Assembly (NCBI GenBank): GCA_041660605.1
Contig: JBAZWB010000001.1
Location: 329,295-393,294, forward strand
DNA from: Patescibacteria group bacterium
GTDB lineage: Bacteria > Patescibacteriota > Patescibacteriia > UBA10025 > JAHIVO01
DNA length: 64,000 bases
Direction of reading: 5' to 3'
Shown piece by piece: positions 17,030 through 26,946 of the stretch (position 1 is its first letter; each line of letters begins with the position of its first letter). Both the position numbers and the translations under genes were made by a program. The notes under the pieces are model-generated. The model saw only the letters and a list, made by a program, of their open reading frames with translations. It did not search any database and was not told the DNA's origin.

Positions 17030-18709
17030 ATGAATCTCAAACTGTATTTGCAAAAAAAACTGGAGAAAACCATCAAGACAGTCTGGCCGGAAACTGCGGA
17101 TAAAAATTTTGAGATTGAAATAAATTATCCGCCTGATATCAAGTTTGGCGAGTACACCAGCAATGTCGCTTTGAAGCTGGCACCCCTGGTACGCCAATCA
17201 GCCATTGAAATCGCCAATCAGATAAAGGATAAAATCGGGAAATTACCGGCTTTTTCCGGGGTAGAAGTGGTTCAACCAGGATTCCTGAATTTTTATCTGG
17301 ACAAAAAATGGCTGGCCAGGCAATTGCCCTTAATACTCATGGAAAAAGAAAAATATGGCCGTAGCGATTTTGGCAGGGGTAAAAAGGTGCAGGTTGAATT
17401 TGTCTCTGCCAACCCCACCGGGCCGATACATGTAGGCAACGGCCGTGGCGGTTTTATGGGCGATGCGCTGGCTAATATTTTGCAGTACGCCGGTTATCGG
17501 GTGCAAAGGGAATATTACGTTAATGACGTCGGTAAGCAGGTGGGCATTTTGGCTGAATCCGTCCTGCGGAGATACTGGCAGCACCAGGGCATTAAAATAG
17601 AATATCCGGAATATTGCTATCAGGGAAAATACATAGAAGAACTGGCGGCCAAGCTATTTCTCCCGAATTACAAATTAAACCACGTGCATAAACTGGAGGA
17701 AGTCCGCGATAAGATAAAGGGGCGGATACTGCAGAAGATGATTGGCAACGTAAAAAGGCTGCTGGAAAAGAAGCTGAAAATAAAATACGACCGCTGGTTT
17801 TCGGAAAAATCCCTTTATAATTCCGGTGAGGTGGACCGGGTCATACAGTTTTTGAAATCCCAGCATTGGCTGTACAAATCCGAGGGTGCTATTTGGCTGA
17901 AAACTAAAGAATTCGGCGATGACAAGGACCGTGTTTTGATAAAGGCTGACGGAGAACCGGTTTATTTTCTTTCGGACATTGCCTATCACTGGAATAAATT
18001 TACTAAAAGGGGATTTGATAAGGTTATTGATATCTGGGGGGCCGACCATCACGGTTATATGGGCAGGATGCAGGCGGCCATGAAGATAATCGGTCACTCG
18101 GGAAAGTTGGATATATTAATAGTTCAGCTGGTGCGGCTCGTCAGCCGCGGCCAAGAAGTCCGTATGTCAAAAAGATCCGGCACTTTTATCACCCTGGAGG
18201 AATTAGTTGATCAGGTTGGCCTGGATGCCGCCAGATTTTTCTTTTTAATGCATGATTTTAATACGCACATGGATTTTGACCTGGACCTGGCCAAGAAAAA
18301 ATCGAAGGATAATCCGGTTTTTTACGTCCAGTATGCCCATGCCAGGATTTGTAGTATAATTAAGAAAGCTAAGATTCTGATACAGGGGAAATCGAAGAAA
18401 AAACTTCATAAAGTAAAATTACCGCCAAGCAATCAGAGTGCAGATCTGGAGCCATCTGAGGTAATATTAATCAAAGAGCTCTTAAAATGGCCGGAACTGG
18501 TGGTGGACATTGCCGGCAACTATCAGGTGAATAAATTGCCTTTTTACGCCATAGACCTGGCCACTAATTTTCACGATTTTTACACCAAATGCCGGGTCAT
18601 TGACGGAGGGAAAGTCAATGAGCGACGTTACCAGATCATCCAGGCGAGCCAAATCGTTTTGCAAAACTGCCTGGCCGCCATGGGCGTAGACGCTCCGGAA
18701 CGGATGTAG
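17030..18709 (+). CDS. argS: arginine--tRNA ligase
   Basis: EFVSANPTGPIHVGNGRG, WGADHHGY, MSKRSG, NPVFYVQYAHARI, APERM. Confidence 0.97.
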   Translation: MNLKLYLQKKLEKTIKTVWPETADKNFEIEINYPPDIKFGEYTSNVALKLAPLVRQSAIEIANQIKDKIGKLPAFSGVEVVQPGFLNFYLDKKWLARQLPLILMEKEKYGRSDFGRGKKVQVEFVSANPTGPIHVGNGRGGFMGDALANILQYAGYRVQREYYVNDVGKQVGILAESVLRRYWQHQGIKIEYPEYCYQGKYIEELAAKLFLPNYKLNHVHKLEEVRDKIKGRILQKMIGNVKRLLEKKLKIKYDRWFSEKSLYNSGEVDRVIQFLKSQHWLYKSEGAIWLKTKEFGDDKDRVLIKADGEPVYFLSDIAYHWNKFTKRGFDKVIDIWGADHHGYMGRMQAAMKIIGHSGKLDILIVQLVRLVSRGQEVRMSKRSGTFITLEELVDQVGLDAARFFFLMHDFNTHMDFDLDLAKKKSKDNPVFYVQYAHARICSIIKKAKILIQGKSKKKLHKVKLPPSNQSADLEPSEVILIKELLKWPELVVDIAGNYQVNKLPFYAIDLATNFHDFYTKCRVIDGGKVNERRYQIIQASQIVLQNCLAAMGVDAPERM

Positions 18710-18712
18710 TGA

Positions 18713-18785
18713 GCATGTAGCGAATGGCATATGGCAAATAGTAAGTTTGTATAAATACCATAAGCTATAAGCCATACGCCATAAC
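18713..18785. repeat. two opposed heptamer arrays (GCATATG-like x4, CCATAAG-like x4)
   Basis: gcatgta gcgaatg gcatatg gcaaata ... ccataag ctataag ccatacg ccataac. Confidence 0.7.
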
Positions 18786-18796
18786 CTAATAAACCT

Positions 18797-19933
18797 ATGA
18801 AGATTGGCATTGACTGCCGAACAATATTAAACCCCAAATCAGGCGAGCGCGCCGGTGTTGGTCACTACACGTATTATTTGGTCAAGAATATTATCAAGCA
18901 TGATAAGAAGAACCAATATGTGTTGTTTTTTGACTGGCGCTTCCGCGAGATGAAAGAATTTGAGCGGCCTAATGTCAAGGTAAAAAATTTTCCTTTTTCG
19001 CAGTACAATAAGTTTTTGCCGTTTGCCTATTCGCACATGCTGATTTCCGCCTATCTGATCAAAGAAGGGCTAGATGTTTTTCATTCTCCGATTTCTTCCC
19101 TGCCTTTAATGTACCCAAAAAAATCTATCATTACCGTACATGACCTGGCGATATATAAAAATCCCAGCTGGTTTCCCTCACAGATTTTTTCCACCAAGCT
19201 GTTGGTGCCGCAGAGCCTGCGTAAGGCGGACAGGATTATCGCGGTTTCCGAGAGCACGCGCAGGGACCTGAAAGAAATTTTTAATGTGTCGGCAAAACGG
19301 GTAAAAGTGATTTACGAAGGCACGATGGTTTCCAAAATTCCGGTAAAAAACAAGGCCCTGGACAGCCTGAAGAAATTCAAACTACCCGCAAACTATATTT
19401 TGTTTATTGGCACCCTGGAGTCCCGTAAGAATGTAAACGGCCTGCTGGGAGCATATAAGCAGTTGATTGAAAAAAGCCAAGATTTCCAGAAATATCCGCT
19501 GATAATTGCCGGCGGCCAGGGTTATAAATATGAAGAAGTATTTGATAAAATAAAAGAGTTGAAGCTGTATAAACTGGTCAAATATATCGGTTATGTTACC
19601 CATAATCAGAAGATGGATTTATTAAAAAAGGCCGTCTGCTTTGTTTTCCCTTCGCGCTATGAAGGTTTCGGCCTGCCGGTCCTGGAAGCTATGGCCCTGG
19701 GAACACCGGTCATTACCAGCAACGTATCTTCTTTGCCGGAAGTTGCCGGCAAAGCCGCCCTACTGGTTAATCCGGAAAAAGAGCTGGAGATTGCCAATGC
19801 CCTGAAGAAGCTCCTGGCCAGCAAGAAATTGCGTGATGATTTGCGCCAGAAAGGCTTTCGCCAGGTAAAGCTGTTTACCTGGGAAAAGTGCGCCAGAGAA
19901 ACGATCGCGGTTTATGAAAGCCTGAAAAAATAA
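18797..19933 (+). CDS. glycosyltransferase family 4
   Basis: TVHDL, IAVSEST, FVFPSRYEGFGLPVLEAMA.GTPV. Confidence 0.93.
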   Translation: MKIGIDCRTILNPKSGERAGVGHYTYYLVKNIIKHDKKNQYVLFFDWRFREMKEFERPNVKVKNFPFSQYNKFLPFAYSHMLISAYLIKEGLDVFHSPISSLPLMYPKKSIITVHDLAIYKNPSWFPSQIFSTKLLVPQSLRKADRIIAVSESTRRDLKEIFNVSAKRVKVIYEGTMVSKIPVKNKALDSLKKFKLPANYILFIGTLESRKNVNGLLGAYKQLIEKSQDFQKYPLIIAGGQGYKYEEVFDKIKELKLYKLVKYIGYVTHNQKMDLLKKAVCFVFPSRYEGFGLPVLEAMALGTPVITSNVSSLPEVAGKAALLVNPEKELEIANALKKLLASKKLRDDLRQKGFRQVKLFTWEKCARETIAVYESLKK

Positions 19934-19936
19934 AAT

Positions 19937-20233
19937 ATGTGGTACCAGGAGCGTGATGAGGGAGTAATGCTGTTTGTAAAAATTATCCCCCGTGCCCGGC
20001 GCAATGAGATAGTCGGTCCGCTGGGTGATTTTTTGAAAATAAAAATAGCCGCACCGGCGGAAAGCGGCCGGGCCAATGACGAGCTACTCGGTTATTTAGC
20101 CGATTTATTAGGCGTGGCAAAATCGTCAGTGCGATTGGTGCGCGGCCGGTCTAATCCGCTGAAGCTTATTTTTGTTCCAGCGGGAATTGACCAAGTCAGA
20201 CAGCTGATTCAACCTAGAAAAGCAAAAAAATAG
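19937..20233 (+). CDS. DUF167/YggU (UPF0235) family protein
   Basis: VKIIPRA..NEI......LKIKIAAP..GRAN.EL...LA. Confidence 0.88.
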   Translation: MWYQERDEGVMLFVKIIPRARRNEIVGPLGDFLKIKIAAPAESGRANDELLGYLADLLGVAKSSVRLVRGRSNPLKLIFVPAGIDQVRQLIQPRKAKK

Positions 20234-20242
20234 AGGTCAGGA

Positions 20243-20563
20243 TTACCGACCTCTGCGTGGACGTTTTGTGCGAACGTGGCTTTTTTTCTTTTTGGGCCTG
20301 GTTTTTTGACTCGATGATTTACGCGGGCTGATCGATTTGAAACCAATGCTTTTCAAAAAGATTATAGCATGTTCAATGAGCACAGGTGAGTAGCCGAGGA
20401 GAAACCGAATTAATGTCGTCCTTGACATCCCGCGGCGCCAACGGGCCAGGTCTGAATGTGTCTGTCCGGAATGTTTTGCAGCTTGGCGTAATTGCCTGAG
20501 CACCGACGGCAAACTGGCAGTCAGATCAATTACCGGTAGTGGCTGGGGTTTCTGGTGTTTCAT
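20243..20563 (-). CDS. small basic hypothetical protein, possible HTH
   Basis: GAGGG RBS; THSDLA....MSRTTLIRF; Lys/Arg-rich tail. Confidence 0.55.
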   Translation of the reverse strand: MKHQKPQPLPVIDLTASLPSVLRQLRQAAKHSGQTHSDLARWRRGMSRTTLIRFLLGYSPVLIEHAIIFLKSIGFKSISPRKSSSQKTRPKKKKSHVRTKRPRRGR

Positions 20564-20783
20564 GATTTCCCTCTATATTCTATTTTCTTCCAGAAAGGTT
20601 AAATTGATTTAAAAGATTAGCTCTTATATGGTTATTTGTCAATTAAAATTCAGTGTCAACTGCTGTATTAATTTTAATCCAATCATAATTGGGGTATAAA
20701 TTTATGGCTTATTGACAGCCGGTGTTTCAATTGGTATTCTTAAATAATTTCAAAAAGAAAAACAAACACAGCTTTATTGAGAA

Positions 20784-21419
20784 ATGGAGAAAATACTAAT
20801 GGTATTTGGTGGCAAGACGAAAGATAAGGAGATTAAAGCACTGCTCAGTCAGCTCGCTGGTGAGCCGATTGTGAAGTGTGCTGATCTGCTAGACCAATTC
20901 TTCAGCGATGGAGCCAATAGGGAAACACTGCTCCGTGGCATTATTGAGTATGAGCATACGGGGGATCGCCTGGTAGCCAAGACCTACGGACTAATTGACC
21001 AGTCATTTATCACCTGGATTGACAAGCGTGACCTGACTAGTCTTCTGGACGCTTTTGACCAGATTCTTGACCGTATGCGCGAAGCAGCCCAACAGGCAGT
21101 AGTTTATCGCGTTTCAGATCTGACTGAAGCGAAAGAACTCACTGCAATCATTAAAAATATGGTAGTGAAGCTGAAGCCGATGGCCCAGGAACTTGATAAA
21201 CCCAAGATTGAGCCTCTTATTGAACCGGCTGGCGAGCTGCATGATCTAGAACATCGCGCAGATGAGATCCGCTACGCTGGTTTAGAGCGGTTGTACCCAG
21301 TAGGGCATAGCGGGGTCGTGCTGTGCGCCGACCGGATTCTCTGGATTCTTGAGACAGTAACAGACAATTGTGATTTGGCAGCTAAGGTGATGATCAGCAT
21401 TGCCAGGAAAGCCGGATAG
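20784..21419 (+). CDS. DUF47 phosphate transport regulator (PhoU-like)
   Basis: EH.GD, SFITWIDKRDL..L....D.I.D, LEH.AD, LE.VTD.C; directly upstream of pit. Confidence 0.88.
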   Translation: MEKILMVFGGKTKDKEIKALLSQLAGEPIVKCADLLDQFFSDGANRETLLRGIIEYEHTGDRLVAKTYGLIDQSFITWIDKRDLTSLLDAFDQILDRMREAAQQAVVYRVSDLTEAKELTAIIKNMVVKLKPMAQELDKPKIEPLIEPAGELHDLEHRADEIRYAGLERLYPVGHSGVVLCADRILWILETVTDNCDLAAKVMISIARKAG

Positions 21420-21430
21420 GGAGGTTTGCA

Positions 21431-22408
21431 GTGGAAGGATTGATTCTAGTAATAATTCTGATTTTGGGAGCTGAATTTGTAAACGGGTGGACCGATGCGC
21501 CTAATGCTATCGCCACAGTTGTCTCGACCAAAGTGCTCTCCCCGTCACGCGCTGTTTTATTAGCTACCAGCCTGAATATCATTGGCGCGTTCTGTGGTAC
21601 AGCGGTAGCGGCCACGATTGGCAAGAACATCGTGGTTCTCTCGGCTATCAACCTTGAGACTATTGCTGCTGCTTTGGTAAGTATCATTATCTGGAGCTCA
21701 ATCAATGCCAGATGGGGCATACCGACCAGCGAGTCACACGCCTTGGTAGCTGGATTGGCTGGCGCAACGCTGGCAACTGCCGGTCCTGAAGCGCTATTGT
21801 GGCTAGGTTGGAAAAAGGTGCTGATTGGTTTGGTTTTTTCCAGTGTGGTTGGGTTCATTGGCAGCTTGCTGATTGCTAGGTTGATCATCGCCCGATTTGC
21901 CGGAAGCGCTCCGACTAAAACTGGAGTCTGGTTTTCGCGTTTACAGATCGTGTCAGCTGGATTCATGGCGTTTAACCATGGCTCAAACGACGGCCAGAAG
22001 TTTATTGGCGTCTTTGCCATGACTCTGGTGCTGGGCGGCGTTTATGCGGAGTTTACCGTTCCGTTCTGGGTGATTCTGCTCTGCGCTGGCACTATGGGTA
22101 TCGGTACCATGGTCGGCGGCTGGCGGATTATCAAAAAGGTCGGTATGTCTATGGTAGACCTTAAGCCCTGGCAGGGTTTTTGCGCCGAGACAGCAGCCGG
22201 CGCTACCATTATGGCAGCCTCGCACTTTGGGATACCGCTCTCGACGACTCACACTATTACGATGTCGATCGCGGGCGTAGGAGCTTCTCGTCGGATGGAC
22301 AGTGTGCGCTGGGATATTGCCAAAGACATTATCTGGGCCTGGGTACTGACTTTTCCGGTTTGCGGAGCCATTGGCTTCGTTGTGGCCTTGCTCATTAAGC
22401 AGCTTTAG
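21431..22408 (+). CDS. pit: inorganic phosphate transporter (PiT family)
   Basis: NGWTDAPNAIATVVST, GIPTSESHAL, HGSNDGQK, PLSTTH. Confidence 0.93.
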   Translation: MEGLILVIILILGAEFVNGWTDAPNAIATVVSTKVLSPSRAVLLATSLNIIGAFCGTAVAATIGKNIVVLSAINLETIAAALVSIIIWSSINARWGIPTSESHALVAGLAGATLATAGPEALLWLGWKKVLIGLVFSSVVGFIGSLLIARLIIARFAGSAPTKTGVWFSRLQIVSAGFMAFNHGSNDGQKFIGVFAMTLVLGGVYAEFTVPFWVILLCAGTMGIGTMVGGWRIIKKVGMSMVDLKPWQGFCAETAAGATIMAASHFGIPLSTTHTITMSIAGVGASRRMDSVRWDIAKDIIWAWVLTFPVCGAIGFVVALLIKQL

Positions 22409-22441
22409 ACAAAGATTTACGTTACTTAGTGATGTAAACTG

Positions 22442-22481
22442 CTCTCCATTACCAATTGGTGAAGGAGAGTTTTTATTTTTT
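22442..22481 (+). terminator. intrinsic terminator
   Basis: CTCTCC...GGAGAG + T-rich tail. Confidence 0.65.
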
Positions 22482-22974
22482 AGCGGGCTTCAATTGATTG
22501 ATTTGTTTGCCAAATTTAACATTCCCGGAGCTATTTGTCAATGTTATCAATAATTTTATTAACAAATAGAATATGCTATGATTAGCGTTATCAGGTGAGA
22601 GTTAACCTGATAACATCACATATCCCCGAATCGGAGGTATTAGCCGTTATGAAAAAGGCATTGCACCTGGCCATGCTCGCATAGTCCACACCGCAACAAT
22701 TAACCTTAGCAGAGTGAGCTGCCGTTACCTGCTTAAGGGAAAAATATGCACTATGCACCGGGTCCGCATGACCTAATGGCCTGCAATCACATGCACTGGC
22801 AGATTCGTCTGAGGGCAGTAAAATGTCATCTGAACGTCTAAAGATTTTGGGGCAGCCGGTACAACTCTGTGCTGCCCCGTTTTTTAATATTTCCTGTCCG
22901 CAACTCCTGATTGACAATTTTTTTATATTGATATAAGTTATTAATGCTCTTTTTTGATCAAGTGAAAAGCTATT

Positions 22975-23168
22975 CCGGGAGAACGGCCGTGGGCTGCGAA
23001 AGACTTTTGGCTCCTTGGTGTGAGCTAATATACCCCCTCTTGCAGGGCGGTAAGATTAAGATGAGGTAATCTTTGTCTTTCGTTGTTCGGTCCTTTTGAG
23101 GGGGACCGATCGTTATACATGCCTTGTAACTCCATGCCGGCCATCTGTGTTCTCCCGGCTCTTTTTTT
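22975..23168 (+). ncRNA. structured ncRNA candidate (6S-like size and closing stem)
   Basis: CCGGGAGAAC/GTTCTCCCGG and GGCCG/CGGCC closing stems, CGAAAGAC/GTCTTTCG, TCGGTCC/GGACCGA; TTGACA promoter upstream, T7 downstream. Confidence 0.6.
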
Positions 23169-23232
23169 ACTGAAAATCCAGCAGACTTGCCGTGAACCGG
23201 ATTTTCTAGTACAATATAGATTACAAAATATT

Positions 23233-26157
23233 ATGACTGAAAAACAGGAAAAAAAGACTAATAAGCCGGATTTTCCTAAACCAGATTTTCCCAAGATGGA
23301 AGAACAGGTGCTGAAGTCATGGGAAAAAGAAAAAATATTCCAGAAGTCGCTGGATAAAAACAAGGGAGGTGAGACCTTTGTTTTTTTTGAAGGTCCGCCG
23401 ACGGCTAACGGCCGGCCGGGCATTCATCACGTGCTGGCTAGGGCTTATAAAGACGTGATACCGCGCTACAAAACCATGCGGGGTTTTTACGTCGAACGCA
23501 AAGCTGGCTGGGACACCCATGGGCTTCCTGTTGAATTGCAGGTAGAAAAAGAACTGAAAATATCGGGCAAGCCGGAGATTGAAAAATTCGGCATTGCTAA
23601 ATTCAACCAGAAATGCAAAGACAGCGTCTGGAAATACAAGAAAGAATGGGAAGAACTGACCAGGCGCATCGGCTTTTGGCTTGATTTGGAGCATCCATAT
23701 ATTACCTATGAAAACGATTATATCGAGTCTTTATGGTGGATTATCAAGCAGATTTGGGACAAGAAATTATTATATAAAGGTTATAAAGTTGTGCCGCATT
23801 GCCCGCGCTGTGGAACGGCCTTATCTTCGCACGAAGTCGCGCAGGGTTATGAATCAGTCGAGGAAAATTCAGTTTATGTAAAGTTCAAAGTCATCGGCGA
23901 AGAGGATACCTATATACTGTCCTGGACAACCACGCCTTGGACCTTGCCGGGCAATGTAGCTTTGGCAGTTGGTGCGGATATTGATTATGTAAAAATCAAG
24001 GTTGAAAAGGAATTTTACATTTTGGCAAAAAGCATAGCGGAAAAATTATTTGAAAAAGTAAAGATTATTGAAGAAAAAAAGGGAACCGTTTTAACGGGAT
24101 TGAAATATGAGCCCTTGTTCCAAATTGCAGCTTTGCAAACTGAAACCTCTTATAGAATATATACGGCGGATTTCGTGAATATTGAAGAGGGAACAGGCGT
24201 CGTGCATACAGCGGTCATGTACGGTGAAGATGACTATCGTTTAGGCGAAAAAGTCGGTTTACCGAAGCACCATACGGTTGATGAAAACGGCAAGTTTACC
24301 GGGGAAGTCGTTAAGTGGGCCGGAAAATTCGTTAAAGATAAGGAAGTGGAGCGGGGCATTGTCGGAGATTTGCGCGAGCGCGGACTTCTGTTGAAAGAAG
24401 AAATGTACCGTCATGATTACCCTTTTTGCTGGCGCTGCGGTACTCCTCTTTTGTACTACGCCAAGGACTCCTGGTTTATAAAAATGAGCGCCCTGAAAAA
24501 CGACTTGATCAAATCAAATAAGAAAGTTCACTGGCATCCCGGTTATATACGCGACGGACGGTTTGGCGAATGGCTGAATGAGCTGAAAGACTGGGCTTTT
24601 TCCCGGGAACGGTATTGGGGCACGCCGCTGCCCATCTGGGAATCGGCAGATGGCGATAAAATTTGCATTGGTTCTCGGGAGGAGCTGAAATCATTGGCGC
24701 AGGATCCGGCGAAAATTTCTGATAAGCTTGATTTGCATCGGCCGTATATTGATGAGGTGGTGCTGGTTAAAAGTGGGAAAGAATACCGACGGGTGAAAGA
24801 AGTGGCTGACGTCTGGTTTGATTCCGGCTCCATGCCGTTCGCCCAATGGCACTATCCGTTTGAAAATAAAGAACGCATTGATCAGGGGGTCAGTTTCCCG
24901 GCTGACTACATTGCCGAGGCGGTTGACCAGACCCGCGGCTGGTTTTATACTCTGCTGGCTGTTTCCAGCTTGCTAGGCAAGGAAGCGCCATATAAGAATG
25001 TCACCTGCCTGGGTCTGATACTGGATGAGAAAGGGCAGAAGATGTCAAAATCCAAAGGCAATATTGTCGATCCATTCAAGATTATAGACAAATACGGAGC
25101 CGATGCTTTGCGCTGGTATTTTTTTACCATCAACCAGCCGGGTGAATCCAAACTGTTCAGCGAAAAGCAGCTGGATGAAATAATAAAGAAAAACTGGCTG
25201 ATTATCTGGAACGTTTTAACGTTTTGGAAAATGTATACCAAAGATTTCAAGCCTGGCAATAAGCCTACCGGGCATGTTCTGGACAAATGGGTGCTGGCTC
25301 AGCTGAATTTACTGGTGGAAAAAGTCACCGAAGATCTGGATAAGTATGAAGTAACTGAGGCAACGCGCGCCATCGGCCAGTTTATCAATTTGCTGTCCAC
25401 CTGGTATTTGCGGCGTTCACGCTCGAGATTCAAGAAAGCTGGCGAAGACAAGGATAATGCCCTGCAAACACTGCAGACGGTTTTAATTACCCTGGCAGAA
25501 TTACTGGCTCCTTTCGTACCCATGATGGCCGAAAGCTTGTTCAAAGAAGTCAACAAAGAGCGCGATCAAAAAAGCGTGCATTTATGCGATTGGCCTGAGC
25601 CTGATAAGTCATTGGCTGATCAGAAATTGATTGAGGCTATGTCGCAGGCGCGCCAGGCGGTGGAAATCGGCCATAGTTTAAGGAAGGATAATAATTTAAA
25701 AGTACGCCAGCCTTTGTCCCAGATGATTATCAAAGGTGCTGTCTTGGGTGATGAGATAATTCAAATCATTAAGGATGAGATGAACGTTCAGGCGGTAGTG
25801 ATGGTAAAAAAGATGCACAGCGGGAAAGAATTTGTCAGCAAATCATCCGGTTCACTGGAGATTGCTCTGGATACCACCATTACTGATGAACTGAAGGAAT
25901 TGGGCATTATCAGAGAATTAGTGCGGCATATCAACGCTATGCGCAAGGACGCCCAGCTGACCATCAATGACACCATTACCCTGTATTATGAAATTGAGAG
26001 CCCGGAAATCAAAGGCATAGTCAAGCATTATAAGAACGATATCTGCCGGGAAACTCTGGCGATAGACTGTTTCGAAGGAATAACTGACAATGTCGATCAG
26101 AAAAAAGTACTGGCCGTGGCTGGATTGAAAGTGCTTTTCGGCTTGAAGAAAAAATAA
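23233..26157 (+). CDS. ileS: isoleucine--tRNA ligase (type 2)
   Basis: FEGPPTANG.PGIHH, GWDTHGLPVE, WTTTPWTLPGN, DQTRGWFY, KMSKS. Confidence 0.96.
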   Translation: MTEKQEKKTNKPDFPKPDFPKMEEQVLKSWEKEKIFQKSLDKNKGGETFVFFEGPPTANGRPGIHHVLARAYKDVIPRYKTMRGFYVERKAGWDTHGLPVELQVEKELKISGKPEIEKFGIAKFNQKCKDSVWKYKKEWEELTRRIGFWLDLEHPYITYENDYIESLWWIIKQIWDKKLLYKGYKVVPHCPRCGTALSSHEVAQGYESVEENSVYVKFKVIGEEDTYILSWTTTPWTLPGNVALAVGADIDYVKIKVEKEFYILAKSIAEKLFEKVKIIEEKKGTVLTGLKYEPLFQIAALQTETSYRIYTADFVNIEEGTGVVHTAVMYGEDDYRLGEKVGLPKHHTVDENGKFTGEVVKWAGKFVKDKEVERGIVGDLRERGLLLKEEMYRHDYPFCWRCGTPLLYYAKDSWFIKMSALKNDLIKSNKKVHWHPGYIRDGRFGEWLNELKDWAFSRERYWGTPLPIWESADGDKICIGSREELKSLAQDPAKISDKLDLHRPYIDEVVLVKSGKEYRRVKEVADVWFDSGSMPFAQWHYPFENKERIDQGVSFPADYIAEAVDQTRGWFYTLLAVSSLLGKEAPYKNVTCLGLILDEKGQKMSKSKGNIVDPFKIIDKYGADALRWYFFTINQPGESKLFSEKQLDEIIKKNWLIIWNVLTFWKMYTKDFKPGNKPTGHVLDKWVLAQLNLLVEKVTEDLDKYEVTEATRAIGQFINLLSTWYLRRSRSRFKKAGEDKDNALQTLQTVLITLAELLAPFVPMMAESLFKEVNKERDQKSVHLCDWPEPDKSLADQKLIEAMSQARQAVEIGHSLRKDNNLKVRQPLSQMIIKGAVLGDEIIQIIKDEMNVQAVVMVKKMHSGKEFVSKSSGSLEIALDTTITDELKELGIIRELVRHINAMRKDAQLTINDTITLYYEIESPEIKGIVKHYKNDICRETLAIDCFEGITDNVDQKKVLAVAGLKVLFGLKKK

Positions 26158-26169
26158 ATAAGCCTGTCA

Positions 26170-26919
26170 ATGGGAGACCTAAAAGCCCAAGGAATAATTC
26201 TAAAGCATCGGGATATCCGCGAGGCTGACCGCCAGCTTACCGTCTTCACGGCTGAGCACGGGAAAATCAAGGTTATCGCCAAAGGAGCGCGCAAGGCCGC
26301 CAGCAAGCTGGCTGGGAGCCTGGAACCTTTTATTTTATCCAAATTGACTATCATCAGGGGCCGCAGCCTGGATACGGTTACCGGTTCTTCGGTCCTGAAA
26401 AATTATCGTCACCTGAAGAATGACGTAAAAAAAGTATTTTTAGCCGGCTACATCAGCGAGGTAGTCTGCCGGGCGACTAAAGAGAACCAGCCGGAGCCCC
26501 GTATTTTTGATCTGCTACTGGAGGTTTTTGATTTTCTGGACAGCCATGACGGCCAGAAGAATTACCCCGGCACCTGGTGGTATTTCATCTGGCGTTTTTT
26601 GTCATATCTTGGTTATCATCCGGATTTATTTAATTGCGCGGTGACCAAAAAGAAAATCAGTCCAGGAGCAATATTTTTTTCTGCCCATAAGGGAGGGGTC
26701 ATAAGCGGTCAGTCCGTTTCTATGCCCGGCGGCAGTGCGCCAATCTCCATCGGCGCTTTGAAAATTTTACGCTCAATTTACTCGCAATCCCTGGTGGAAT
26801 TCAAGAAGATCAGGCTGACTCAGCAGCTGATAAAAGAAATTAATTCATTGACCAAGTTTTATCTGAGCTATACCCAGGAAATGGATATTCCAATCAAGGA
26901 TTTTTTAATAGTCGCTTAA
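26170..26919 (+). CDS. recO: DNA repair protein RecO
   Basis: GIILK....EADR..TVFT..HGKI..IAKGARK..SKL. Confidence 0.92.
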   Translation: MGDLKAQGIILKHRDIREADRQLTVFTAEHGKIKVIAKGARKAASKLAGSLEPFILSKLTIIRGRSLDTVTGSSVLKNYRHLKNDVKKVFLAGYISEVVCRATKENQPEPRIFDLLLEVFDFLDSHDGQKNYPGTWWYFIWRFLSYLGYHPDLFNCAVTKKKISPGAIFFSAHKGGVISGQSVSMPGGSAPISIGALKILRSIYSQSLVEFKKIRLTQQLIKEINSLTKFYLSYTQEMDIPIKDFLIVA

Positions 26920-26946
26920 TTTGCTATAATACCTGGTAGCAGATAT

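Noticed and set aside
22591-22917. 108-aa Cys-rich minus-strand ORF
   Set aside because: TTG start inside the neighbouring -35 box, no RBS, no recognisable motif; region left unassigned.
22975-23168. T-box riboswitch for ileS
   Set aside because: No TGGnACC antiterminator motif; end-to-end pairing fits an independent RNA better.
23083-23232. N-terminal extension of IleRS in the ORF track
   Set aside because: Overlaps the structured RNA and its T-tract; ATG at 23233 fits the family start.
23264-23295. KPDFPKPDFPK duplication at the ileS start as another gene-end scar
   Set aside because: Only 15 bp and in frame; slippage is sufficient.
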